From contig CAXXQS010000002.1 in the NCBI GenBank assembly GCA_963674735.2, positions 1 to 64,000 on the forward strand: DNA of 64,000 nucleotides, read 5' to 3'. The position numbers and the translations under genes were made by a program. Below, one piece after another: positions 10,492 to 20,008 of the stretch. The notes under the pieces are model-generated. The model was not told the origin of the DNA. It made no database searches and saw nothing but the letters and a program-made list of their open reading frames with translations. Source of the stretch: Myxococcota bacterium. Lineage in GTDB: Bacteria; Myxococcota_A; SURF-8. The stretch's first letter is position 1; each line of letters starts with the position of its first letter.

Positions 10492-10942
10492 ATTTTCTCC
10501 TCGATTTTCGGCCGGTCCGCTGCGGGCACACAGAATTTACGTGAGAGACAGTTTTCACGCTCGATTCATTCCCTCGACAGACGCAAAGCGAGTCCCCGCA
10601 ATACAGCCCCTGAGTAATCACATTTCGGGGCTTTATGACGGTGTAGAAAGACCAAACGCGTCGAATGTGTCCACACGAAGCCATTTTCTCATATACATCA
10701 TATCTCACTGTTTATACGATCATTTTGCTGTTGTTCCTATCTGTTTAATGAATGGCAGGCATGAGTTTTAATCATAGTATTCAGCAGCCATTTTCCATCA
10801 AGACCCACCGCCGAATGACCGATTATATAAAGTGGGTTTGCTTCATAATTTGGCACGTACATCTTTGATCTCATCGCCTTAGATCGGTGCTGTTTTCGAA
10901 CCGAGCCCCAACCGTCGCTCTGCAATGCCGAGGTCTGTTTAT

Positions 10943-13711
10943 ATGGCACGCGTATTAATTGTGGATGATGAGGCGGGAATTCGACGTACCTTCGAAGGAT
11001 TTCTTGTCCAGGCGGGGCACGCTGTTCAAACCGCCGCCGATGCCGACGAAGCGCTACGCGCCGTCGCCCACACCGATTTCGATGTCGTCGTCAGCGATAT
11101 CATTTTACCCAAACGGAGTGGCGTGGATCTGCTGTTCGAGTTGCGGGCCGCCGATCCCGATCTCCCCGTCATCCTGATCACCGGCCTGCCCAGCCTCAAC
11201 ACGGCCACCGACGCCTTGCGGGCCGGCGCCTTCGACTACCTCACCAAACCGGTCGGGTCTCAGGATCTGCTGCGGGTGGTGGCCGTGGCCGCCATGGTGA
11301 AACAACTCGACAACGACAATCGGCATTACTGGACCAAGCTGGAAACCCTGGCCGAGTCGCACAGTCATGAACTGACCACCGTCAACCGCCGTTTGGCCAA
11401 TGAAAAGGTCATCCGCCAGACGATGGAAGATCAACGCCGCAACCTGGTCAACCTGATCGAAAACAGCCACGACCTGGTCGGAATGGCCACCCAAAGCGGC
11501 CGCCTGACCTTCCTCAACCGTGCCGCCCGCCAGGCTCTCGGCCTCAGCTCCATCCAGTCGTTGGATGGTTTGAACCTGAAACAATTCCTGATCACCGATA
11601 ACACCGCGCTACCGGAATCGCCGATCCCGACGGCGCTGGAGCGTGAAGGAGCCTGGGAAGGCGAAGCCCGGCTGATTCCTCCGAACGGACAGCCGCCCCG
11701 GGACGTGGAAGCGCATATCTTCGCGATTTCACCCACGCATCCCGACGACAAACCCCTGCTGTCGCTTGTGATGCACGACATCACCGAACGGAAACGTCAA
11801 AAATTATTCCATGCGCGTTTCACCGCCGCCATCGAAAGCACCAGCGATGCCATCCTCATCTCGTCGGCCGACGGCAAACCGATTTTCACCAATCGCGCGT
11901 TCAACGACCTGTTCGATTATTCGACCGAGCACCTGCATGAACCGAATATGCTTCGAAAGCTTTTTGTCGACAAGCAGGCTATGGACACCATCAACGACCT
12001 GATTTTAAGCGGCGTTTCCTGGCACGGGGAAGTGGACATGCAGCGCAGCAACGGAAATCCGCTCAAAATCCAGTTGCGCGCCGACGCCGTTCGTGACGAT
12101 CAGGGACACATCATCGCCCTGATCAACACCTTCAACGACATCACCGATAAAGTTCACATGGAACTGGCCCTGCGCCAAAGCGAGGGTCGCTTCCGTTCGC
12201 TGGTGGAATCGGCCGCCAGCATTGCGGTTCAGGGTTTCGACGAACACGGACGGGTTGTTTACTGGAATTCGGCTTCCGAAAACTTATACGGATACAAAAC
12301 CGGCGAAGTCTGGGGCAAACCGATCCACGAACTGATCATCCCGGAAGATCTGCAGCAGGAAGCGGCCCGGGAACTCCGCGACTGGATTACGCACGACATC
12401 CCCATTCCCGCCGGGGAACGCAACATGCGTCGCAAAAACGGAACGCCGATCGACATCTATTGCAGTCACGCCAAACAATCGTACATCGATGGTCGCCTGG
12501 AATTCTACTGTCTGGCGATCGACCTTTCCGAGCGGAATCGGGCGGAAAAAGAAAACAAACGCCTGGAATCCGAATTACAACAGGCGCAGCGTCTCGAATC
12601 GGTGGGTCGAATGGCGGGCGGGATCGCGCACGATTTCAACAACCTGCTTACGGGAATTTTCGGCAATATTTCATTGGCCTTGATGGAACTGGAACCGGAA
12701 CACCCGGTTACCGATACGCTCAGGGAAATCGATAGCGTGGCCAAACGCGCCGCCGATCTGACTCGCCAATTGCTGGCCTTCAGCCGCCGCCAGATCATCG
12801 AGCCGAAAGTCATCCGGCTCAACCAACGCATCGAATCGCTGGCGAAAATGCTCACACGCCTGATCGGCGAAGACATTTCTCTCGACCTCAAACTTTCTCC
12901 CTCGGTCGGCTGCATTGAAATCGACCCCGGCCAACTCGAACAATGCATCGTCAATCTGGTGGTCAACGCACGCGACGCCATGCCCGAGGGAGGCCGCCTG
13001 CTGATCGAAACCGATAAGCGCGATTTGTCCAAGTCCGACTTGCCGCAAGCCACGCACGAAGCGCCCGAACCCTATATCTGCTTGCATGTTCGCGACACGG
13101 GAACGGGCATCAGCCCGGAACATCTCGACACTATCTTTGAACCGTTCTTCACCACCAAGTCCAAAGAACGCGGCACCGGTTTAGGGCTTTCGACCGTTTA
13201 CGGAATCGTGCATCAGAACAATGGACTGCTGAAAGTCGAATCCGAACTCGGATGCGGCAGCGAGTTTTGCCTTTGTTTCAAATGCACTCGGGCCGAGCCG
13301 CAAACCAAACCCGCCGCGCAACCCGCCCCCCCGATTCCCAAAGGAAGCGAAACCATTCTTCTGGTCGAAGACGATCCGAGCGTGCGCGTCGTCGCCATTC
13401 GTCTTCTACAACGATTTGGATACAATGTCATTCACGCGTGCGACGGACGGGAAGCTCTCAAGCTCGCCGAAAACCGCATGCAGGACATCGACCTGCTGCT
13501 TTCCGATGTGGTCATGCCATCCATGACCGGTGCCGAGTTGGCCCGCCGTTTGCGTGAAATTAAGCCCAATCTGAAAGTACTGTTCACATCCGGCTACACC
13601 GATGATGTCATCGTCGACCACGGTGTGGTGCTCGACGGCGTCCAGTTCATCGGCAAACCCTTTACCCCGCAATCGCTCGCAACCAAGCTCCGCCAGACGC
13701 TGGACGGCTGA
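10943..13711 (+). CDS. Hybrid sensor histidine kinase (REC-PAS x3-HisKA-HATPase-REC)
   Basis: N-terminal REC (VDDE, SDIILP), three PAS-like repeats, AHDFNNLL, NARDAM, DTGTG, GTGLGL and a C-terminal REC. Confidence 0.92.
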   Translation: MARVLIVDDEAGIRRTFEGFLVQAGHAVQTAADADEALRAVAHTDFDVVVSDIILPKRSGVDLLFELRAADPDLPVILITGLPSLNTATDALRAGAFDYLTKPVGSQDLLRVVAVAAMVKQLDNDNRHYWTKLETLAESHSHELTTVNRRLANEKVIRQTMEDQRRNLVNLIENSHDLVGMATQSGRLTFLNRAARQALGLSSIQSLDGLNLKQFLITDNTALPESPIPTALEREGAWEGEARLIPPNGQPPRDVEAHIFAISPTHPDDKPLLSLVMHDITERKRQKLFHARFTAAIESTSDAILISSADGKPIFTNRAFNDLFDYSTEHLHEPNMLRKLFVDKQAMDTINDLILSGVSWHGEVDMQRSNGNPLKIQLRADAVRDDQGHIIALINTFNDITDKVHMELALRQSEGRFRSLVESAASIAVQGFDEHGRVVYWNSASENLYGYKTGEVWGKPIHELIIPEDLQQEAARELRDWITHDIPIPAGERNMRRKNGTPIDIYCSHAKQSYIDGRLEFYCLAIDLSERNRAEKENKRLESELQQAQRLESVGRMAGGIAHDFNNLLTGIFGNISLALMELEPEHPVTDTLREIDSVAKRAADLTRQLLAFSRRQIIEPKVIRLNQRIESLAKMLTRLIGEDISLDLKLSPSVGCIEIDPGQLEQCIVNLVVNARDAMPEGGRLLIETDKRDLSKSDLPQATHEAPEPYICLHVRDTGTGISPEHLDTIFEPFFTTKSKERGTGLGLSTVYGIVHQNNGLLKVESELGCGSEFCLCFKCTRAEPQTKPAAQPAPPIPKGSETILLVEDDPSVRVVAIRLLQRFGYNVIHACDGREALKLAENRMQDIDLLLSDVVMPSMTGAELARRLREIKPNLKVLFTSGYTDDVIVDHGVVLDGVQFIGKPFTPQSLATKLRQTLDG

Positions 13712-14362
13712 AGCGGAAAACCAATCGCCTTCGACCTTGTAACGCCCTGTTATCACGAAACAATTCACCATATTTCGCCGTGATTGGCACACAAGGTCAT
13801 CGCCATCTCGTCGAATTTGAAATTCCTGTGTAAATTCAGAACGTTAACTATTCACCTTTTAAATACTTTAAATAGAGTATACTTAATATATTACCAAGTC
13901 GACCGATTTTCACACCTTCCGTCCTCCGAATTCGTCCCACAAACGCGGTCGGAAAAACGGTCGAATCCTGTTCAAATACCGGATATCATGAAGATTTACC
14001 GTTAATCGAATCCGCCGTTCCACCGATTCCGTTTCGTGTGCATGAAGCCGACGAGTGGCTTCCATCCGCCGCCGATGTGACGTATTACGTCCAACCCGGA
14101 AAGTTGGTAGGATTAGCGGGCGACACCCCGATATCAGGCCGAAAAAGTCAATGATTTCGCGAAACGGTTGAAAAAGCGCCGAGAAACGGCGCAACGAGCG
14201 CAAAACGCGCATTCGGCAGAGCCCCCCTTAAAAAGGAGCGTGAAACACCCGTCTTGCGTTTCGAGTCGAATCGACGTTTTTCATGCATCACGGCCACTCG
14301 ACGAAACGGCGCAACGCGCGAAAACGAAGCCGGGGACGGGTCCGCAACCCGCCCCCGACACC

Positions 14363-15463
14363 TTATTTTTTCTTCAAGATGAGATAATCGGTCAGACCGT
14401 CCTCATCGCCGGACATAGCCCATTCGGCCAACAGATAGTCGCCATCGCGACAATACTCGACACTGCTGGTGTTCCCTTCAGATGTCACCTCCAGGTTGTT
14501 GCCGTCCGTGCTGTAGGTTCCCGACATATCGATAATATACGGATCATCCGAGGGGGCCGTTTCGCAACTGCAGACTTGATCCGCGTAGATGCAGGGCCCC
14601 ATATCACTTTCTTCACTGGCATACTGGCACACCGCTTCGGGTGTATCGCCGAAATCCTGCTCGGCGCTTTCGGCCAGATAAGTCAGGCAATCCTGGTCAA
14701 ACTCGAAGAAATAGTTCACCACACTGGTCAGATACTGCGAGAAGGTTCCGTCCCCATTGAGCGTGATCGTTCCACCCCACGTAAGCTCCATGCCGAACAC
14801 CGTGTCTTGGCAGCTTTCGTCCAGGTCCGCCCAGGGATTGTCCCCCCCCACGAGCGTCCCCGACAAACAAAGCGTCTCGACCTCCCATTCGCCGACAATA
14901 TCGCCACCGCAAGCCGTAAACGGCATATCCTGACAAATTTGATCCTCAGTCGTGATCTCGGAGCCCTCGTCGGTGAAGCGGATCACGAAACGCGAAAAAT
15001 GATTGACCGCACCCGTCACTTTGCCATCCGCCAGTGCCGATCCGGTGATGGTTTCCCAAGCGCCATCCGCCAGCACGGCCAACATCGCCTGCTTGCCTTC
15101 CGGCACACTGCCGGCAAAAGCCAGCTCCAGCGTCACCGCTTCGGAAAACTCGGTGCCATCGGGACCGAATTCGAATACATAGCTTCCCAGATTGGCCGCA
15201 TCCGGCATTTCATCCACAGCCAGCGTTTCGACCGAAAGCTCGATGTCTTCCGCCAGCGCTCCGGCGGGAACCGTCAACAGCACGCTTCCCGATTCGGTTT
15301 GCAACGTACCGCCATCGGCGGCCGTGATCATCGCCGAGGCCGATTCCCCAATTTCGCCAGTAAAATCGGCTCCGTTCGCATCCTCATCGTCCGATCCACA
15401 CCCCGCACAGACAACCAACATCCCGAGCAATAGAATCCACGCACCCCACCGTTTCGCCTGCAT
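14363..15463 (-). CDS. Lipoprotein with ZU5-like domain and Cys-rich C-terminal domain
   Basis: Lipobox VCAGC. GGTL...LTVPAGAL...EFGPDG...HFSRF resembles ZU5-like domains. ACGGDIVGEW Cys-rich module. Confidence 0.65.
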   Translation of the reverse strand: MQAKRWGAWILLLGMLVVCAGCGSDDEDANGADFTGEIGESASAMITAADGGTLQTESGSVLLTVPAGALAEDIELSVETLAVDEMPDAANLGSYVFEFGPDGTEFSEAVTLELAFAGSVPEGKQAMLAVLADGAWETITGSALADGKVTGAVNHFSRFVIRFTDEGSEITTEDQICQDMPFTACGGDIVGEWEVETLCLSGTLVGGDNPWADLDESCQDTVFGMELTWGGTITLNGDGTFSQYLTSVVNYFFEFDQDCLTYLAESAEQDFGDTPEAVCQYASEESDMGPCIYADQVCSCETAPSDDPYIIDMSGTYSTDGNNLEVTSEGNTSSVEYCRDGDYLLAEWAMSGDEDGLTDYLILKKK

Positions 15464-15784
15464 CTCGGTCTCCTTTGTCTCTGTGAATTTACTTTATATT
15501 CTTTATATTTAGTATTTCTCTTGAAAAAAGTCAAGCCTCATTTCTCGGCCTTCGCCACGAAACGCACACCGCTGCCATGCCAATTGCGACCTCGCTTTTC
15601 CTTCCTCAAAACCTCGCACCCGTGATTTTTTCCCTCTGTAAACTTGTCGATATATAGCCGGAAACACAGCCCTTTCATTGTTGATCATCTTGTGATACAC
15701 CCATAACAATGGCGAAAGGAACCGTCGCACGAATACGAGAGGAGCCAGAATGCCCGCCGACACCCACGTTTGCAAAGGCCGGTC

Positions 15785-17065
15785 ATGAACCAGCGACTGG
15801 CCCCGCCGCCGCCCGCCATCGGTGGGAAGGGATTTTTCAAGCTTTACGCCGCGCGTCTGCGTCTTTTTTCGCCCAACATTCGTTTGTTTATTCTGGGTGT
15901 TTTCCTCGCCGGGCTGGGCTTCACCTTCTGGCAACTGCTGTTCAATCTTTACCTGCAAGCCGCCGGGTATTCCAACGCCGCCATCGGCGACATGCTGACC
16001 GTCGGCAACCTGGCCATGGCTGTCGCGGCCCTGCCCGCCGGATATCTGGCCGGTCGTCTGCGCCCCAAACGTCAGTTGATCACCGCCCAGCTTTTATCCT
16101 CGGCCGCCTTCACCGCCGCCGCCTTGGTGGAGTCGTCCAGCCTGCTGTTCGTTTTCTTCGGTTTGGCCTTCGGTCTTTCGGCTTTCGTGCGCGTGGTGTC
16201 GGGACCGTTTGTCATGCGCCATTCGACACCCGTCGAACGCACCTACATCTTCGCCACCCTGTTCATCTTTATGCTGGCCGGGGGCGTGGTGGGCAACGCC
16301 GCCGCCGGACTCATCAAGGATGCCTTCATCCTTCACCACTGGCCACCGCTCGTGGCCTACCGCACCACCCTGCTGATCGGCGTGGGCGCGTCTTATCTGG
16401 GGATCATTCCCTTCCTGTTCATCCGCTCGCAACCGGCGCGCGCCGACGACGAACGGCCACTCAGCCTGCGCGGCTTTCGCGACTGGAACTGGCGCTTGTT
16501 CGCCAAAGCGATGCTGCCGCAGGCGCTGTTGGCCGTGGGAGCCGGACTCATCGTGCAGTTCGTCAACCTCTATTTCAAGGATGTCTTTGACGAACCCGAC
16601 TACCGCATCGGCTACTTTTTGTCGGCCCAGTCGGTGACCATGGTGCTGGGCATCGCGCTCTCACCGGCACTGGCCGAAAAGTTCGGGAAGGTGCGCACCA
16701 TCGTCGCCTCCCAGCTTTCGAGCCTGCCCTTCATGCTGATTCTGGCCTTTACCACCACGCTGCCGCTGGCCGTGGCGGCTTTCATCATGCGCGCCGCCCT
16801 CATGAATATGTCGGCTCCCCTCGCCAATACGCTGGTTCTGGAACTCTGCCCCAAAGAGCAGCAGGGCATCCTGCAGGCGCTGTTCATCACCAACTGGGCG
16901 CTGGCCTGGGCGCTGTCGGCCTTTTTGTTCGGCCAGGTGCTCAATGCCGACTATTCTCAATGTTTCCTGGTTGCCGCCGGACTCTACGTGCTGTCGAGCG
17001 CGCTATATTATCTCTTTTTCCGTCACAGCGAAAAGCCCGGTCAATCGGCGATTTCCACGCCGTGA
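15785..17065 (+). CDS. MFS transporter
   Basis: About 12 hydrophobic helices with motif-A-like GYLAGRLRPK and ALAEKFGKVR. Confidence 0.85.
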   Translation: MNQRLAPPPPAIGGKGFFKLYAARLRLFSPNIRLFILGVFLAGLGFTFWQLLFNLYLQAAGYSNAAIGDMLTVGNLAMAVAALPAGYLAGRLRPKRQLITAQLLSSAAFTAAALVESSSLLFVFFGLAFGLSAFVRVVSGPFVMRHSTPVERTYIFATLFIFMLAGGVVGNAAAGLIKDAFILHHWPPLVAYRTTLLIGVGASYLGIIPFLFIRSQPARADDERPLSLRGFRDWNWRLFAKAMLPQALLAVGAGLIVQFVNLYFKDVFDEPDYRIGYFLSAQSVTMVLGIALSPALAEKFGKVRTIVASQLSSLPFMLILAFTTTLPLAVAAFIMRAALMNMSAPLANTLVLELCPKEQQGILQALFITNWALAWALSAFLFGQVLNADYSQCFLVAAGLYVLSSALYYLFFRHSEKPGQSAISTP

Positions 17066-17335
17066 CCCCCCATCTTCAACTACGCAAAAAAGTGCCGATT
17101 TGAAAAATTTGCAGACTGCTCGCCGCCTCCGGCGCGAGGCCTGGCGACCTCCGTCTCGTTCCATCCGCACCTGTTTGATCGACATCAAGCCTACAATTCC
17201 TTACAAAGTTTGGTGCGGTATTTGCAACGATTTCTTTTTAATCGGACGCCTGGCTATCCGGTTTTTACGCATGGCTTCATCCCGCTTCAACAATCGTTTG
17301 GACGGGCTATGGCAGGAGGGTTTTGGGGGTATTGA

Positions 17336-17369
17336 TCGACGGTCGCCATTTCACGATGGCGACCGTCGA
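17336..17369. repeat. Perfect 14-bp hairpin next to the MITE
   Basis: tcgacggtcgccat-ttcacg-atggcgaccgtcga. Confidence 0.55.
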
Positions 17370-17391
17370 CGTTTATGGGCTGAAGGGCAAC

Positions 17392-17572
17392 ACGGCGTTT
17401 CAATTCTAAGCTTTTCACCATTTTCCACCCACTATAATTCGGCTTACGGGGTGCCATGGGCCAAGCCTTTGGCTTGCCCATGCTGTTTTCACGGGCAAAC
17501 CTGACGGTTTAGCCCGTGCCACCCATCACCAATCGAAGATAATTCGAGACTCAATCAGAATTGAAATGCCCT
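17392..17572. mobile_element. 181-bp MITE-like element, copy 1, containing a REP doublet
   Basis: Near-identical to 63617-63797. Ends ggcgtttcaattct...agaattgaaatgcc(ctag). Two internal hairpins. No coding capacity for a transposase. Confidence 0.8.
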
Positions 17573-17718
17573 AGAAGGGCAAGCCTTCACTTGACCTGCC
17601 CTGCGACATACGCCATAATTCCGGCACCGACATTCCCGAACAACAGCAACGAGAAACAGCCGTCGATACGCCATTTTTTATGAATGGTCGAGTCACCCCT
17701 TACAGATACGAGGGCGGA

Positions 17719-19608
17719 ATGAGCAGGCAAACAATCGAAATCCCTGAAGATGTCACCTACGAGCAGGCGCTCGAATGGCTGTTGCACGGCGAGGTGGAGA
17801 AGTGGAATGCGTTTCGGAAGAAGCGGAAAAGCTTATATATTGAAAGACCCTATTTTCTTAACGATCCCTTTTTCACTTGCAAAAATTCACAAGGCAGAGT
17901 CGTCATACGCCATGATTTTTCAGGAGCAAACCTTTCAGGCGAGTCTTTTCACAACATGGACTTAGACGATTGTTCTTTTACCGGAGCAAATTTAACCGGG
18001 ACAAAGTTCTCTGGAAGCAGTTTAAACAAAGCCGACTTTTCTGGAGCAAAGCTCGAAGGTGCAGATTTCGGCAAGTCCTCACTCACAGGGGCTCGCTTCA
18101 TCCGTGCCAATCTGACCGGTGCCGATTTCACGGGCGCGATCCTCTCCGACGCCGATTTCGCCATGGCCAATCTTTCCGACGCCAAACTGCCCGAAGGCCA
18201 CAATGCCTTTCAGACGCTAGTCAAGAATGCGGAGGAAGCCAGCCGAAACGCGCGCGGCATCCTCTATTTTATGGGGGCGCTGTGTATCTTCATCCTGCTG
18301 ACAGGTGCCACCACCCAAGATGTTCAGCTCTTGCTACCCGATCAACGAATGCTTCTACCCATTTTCGGCGTTAAAATGGATGTCAAATGGTTTTATTATA
18401 ATGGAATGATTGCCACACTGTTTATATTTTTCTATTTTCACCTCTATCTCGATCATCTGATCCGCCTCGTAGCCGACCTGCCAGCCGTTTTCCCGGATCG
18501 TCTGTCTCTATCAAAAAAGCTATATCCCTGGATCTTCAACGACATGTTCCATTATGTACGCAAAACCCACGGTGAATCGCACAGATCGTTCAAACGCATA
18601 ATGGAAAGCATTCTTGATTTATCTTGCTGGAAATATTGGGCGGTTTCCTTTGTGGGCTGGTACTTCGTCCCCTTCACTATGGTTGACGCCTGGATTCGCT
18701 TTCTTCCATGCAGACAACTTTCATTGATTGAAGCGCTGATGGCTCTTGTAGTGCTAGTCTTCTGTTTTAGTTTCATCTTCGCTTTGCGCTGTAAAAGCAT
18801 CCTTTTAAAACAGCCCCAGAAACTCACTCTTCTCCGCGGAACCCTCAGTTTCATCATCGTGTTGGCCATCGGCTTCATTTATTACATGAGCCAATATATG
18901 GGGAAATACGCACGTACATACTGTTATGAAACGAATGCATTCCACAAACTGGCACATCCTGTCTGCTTCGGTGTCCCCATGATAACGGATCAAAATCTCT
19001 CTACCAAAATGGTTGAACCCAAATGCGAACCCACCACCGAAGATCCATCCCGCTGCATCGTTTTAGATGAAACGATTCAAAGCTGGGTGGGTTTGCGATT
19101 ATATGACATAGACCTATCCGGAGTCGTCTTTGGAAATTGCCAATTGCAAAATGCATATTTGAGAGGAGCCCGCCTTGAAGGAGCAAGCCTTGCGCAATCG
19201 CACTTGGAGGGAGCGAACCTGGCTTGGGCCAATCTAAAAAACACCGATTTCCGAGGAGCGCATATGCAAGGCGCAAACCTGAGCAAAACAAACGTTGCAG
19301 GATCTTATTTTCAGAACGCCAATTTGAATACGGCCCGACTCGTAGAGGCTTGGCTTGGAAGTGTAAATTTTGCCAATGCTTCACTCAAAAATTCGGATCT
19401 TACCAAGGCATACCTCGGAGCCACAAATTTTTGGCAGGCCAACCTATCCGGTGCCAACCTCAGCGGAGCTGATTTAACAGGTGCGGTGATTAAAAACACG
19501 AACTTCAAGCACGCCAAATACACGAAAGATCACCCCACGCTGCCCGATACCGTTTTCCCACCCGGTTTCGATCCGGTGGCGGAAGGGATGGAGCTGGTAA
19601 CAAAATAA
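17719..19608 (+). CDS. Pentapeptide-repeat membrane protein
   Basis: A(D/N)L/FxxA repeats on both sides of a multi-TM core. Lower GC than neighbouring genes. Paralog of 58381-60387. Start uncertain (open from 17680). Confidence 0.85.
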   Translation: MSRQTIEIPEDVTYEQALEWLLHGEVEKWNAFRKKRKSLYIERPYFLNDPFFTCKNSQGRVVIRHDFSGANLSGESFHNMDLDDCSFTGANLTGTKFSGSSLNKADFSGAKLEGADFGKSSLTGARFIRANLTGADFTGAILSDADFAMANLSDAKLPEGHNAFQTLVKNAEEASRNARGILYFMGALCIFILLTGATTQDVQLLLPDQRMLLPIFGVKMDVKWFYYNGMIATLFIFFYFHLYLDHLIRLVADLPAVFPDRLSLSKKLYPWIFNDMFHYVRKTHGESHRSFKRIMESILDLSCWKYWAVSFVGWYFVPFTMVDAWIRFLPCRQLSLIEALMALVVLVFCFSFIFALRCKSILLKQPQKLTLLRGTLSFIIVLAIGFIYYMSQYMGKYARTYCYETNAFHKLAHPVCFGVPMITDQNLSTKMVEPKCEPTTEDPSRCIVLDETIQSWVGLRLYDIDLSGVVFGNCQLQNAYLRGARLEGASLAQSHLEGANLAWANLKNTDFRGAHMQGANLSKTNVAGSYFQNANLNTARLVEAWLGSVNFANASLKNSDLTKAYLGATNFWQANLSGANLSGADLTGAVIKNTNFKHAKYTKDHPTLPDTVFPPGFDPVAEGMELVTK

Positions 19609-19666
19609 GCGGCACCGCCATCCGCGATTGGCACGCCCTCATTCCGACGGATGGCCTGTCTTTGTA

Positions 19667-19938
19667 CGGGTACCATCGTCTCACGAGCGGAACGTTCGGG
19701 AGGCTGTGACGGATTGGTTTAACCTTTCCGTTGGAGCGCGTCTGTGACGGGCTCCCCATGTGACGCCTCTCAAGAGCAGGTCAGAGACCTGCTCTAACCC
19801 AGGGCTGTGACGGATTGGTTTAGCCCGATTTTCTCAAACATCATCGCATCACAAAATGAGAAGATTCACCGCCTCCCCGTCTTCGACGGTGAGACGATGC
19901 CACCCCTTTGATTCCTCGTACTTCTGTCACGGCCACCC
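19667..19938. repeat. Mosaic cluster of REP-like palindromes
   Basis: Two copies of ggctgtgacggattggttta, hairpin agagcaggtc-aga-gacctgctct, ccccgtcttcgacggtgagacgatgccaccc (inverted copy at 52469-52499) and tgtcacggccaccc (shared with the Rhs leaders). Confidence 0.6.
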
Positions 19939-19951
19939 GTCCACCCCACGT

Positions 19952-19977
19952 AAAAAGGCCGCCCGTGAAGGCGGCCT
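19952..19977 (-). terminator. Intrinsic terminator of the EF-G paralog
   Basis: A-tract plus aggccgcc-cgtgaa-ggcggcct. Confidence 0.7.
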
Positions 19978-20008
19978 CGAATGAAGCGAGTTGGGGGAGG
20001 GACGCGGA

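Noticed and set aside
17287-17481. Similar short ORFs MGKPKAWPMAPRKP at 17287-17481 and 63425-63706
   Set aside because: The similarity comes from translating the non-coding MITE.
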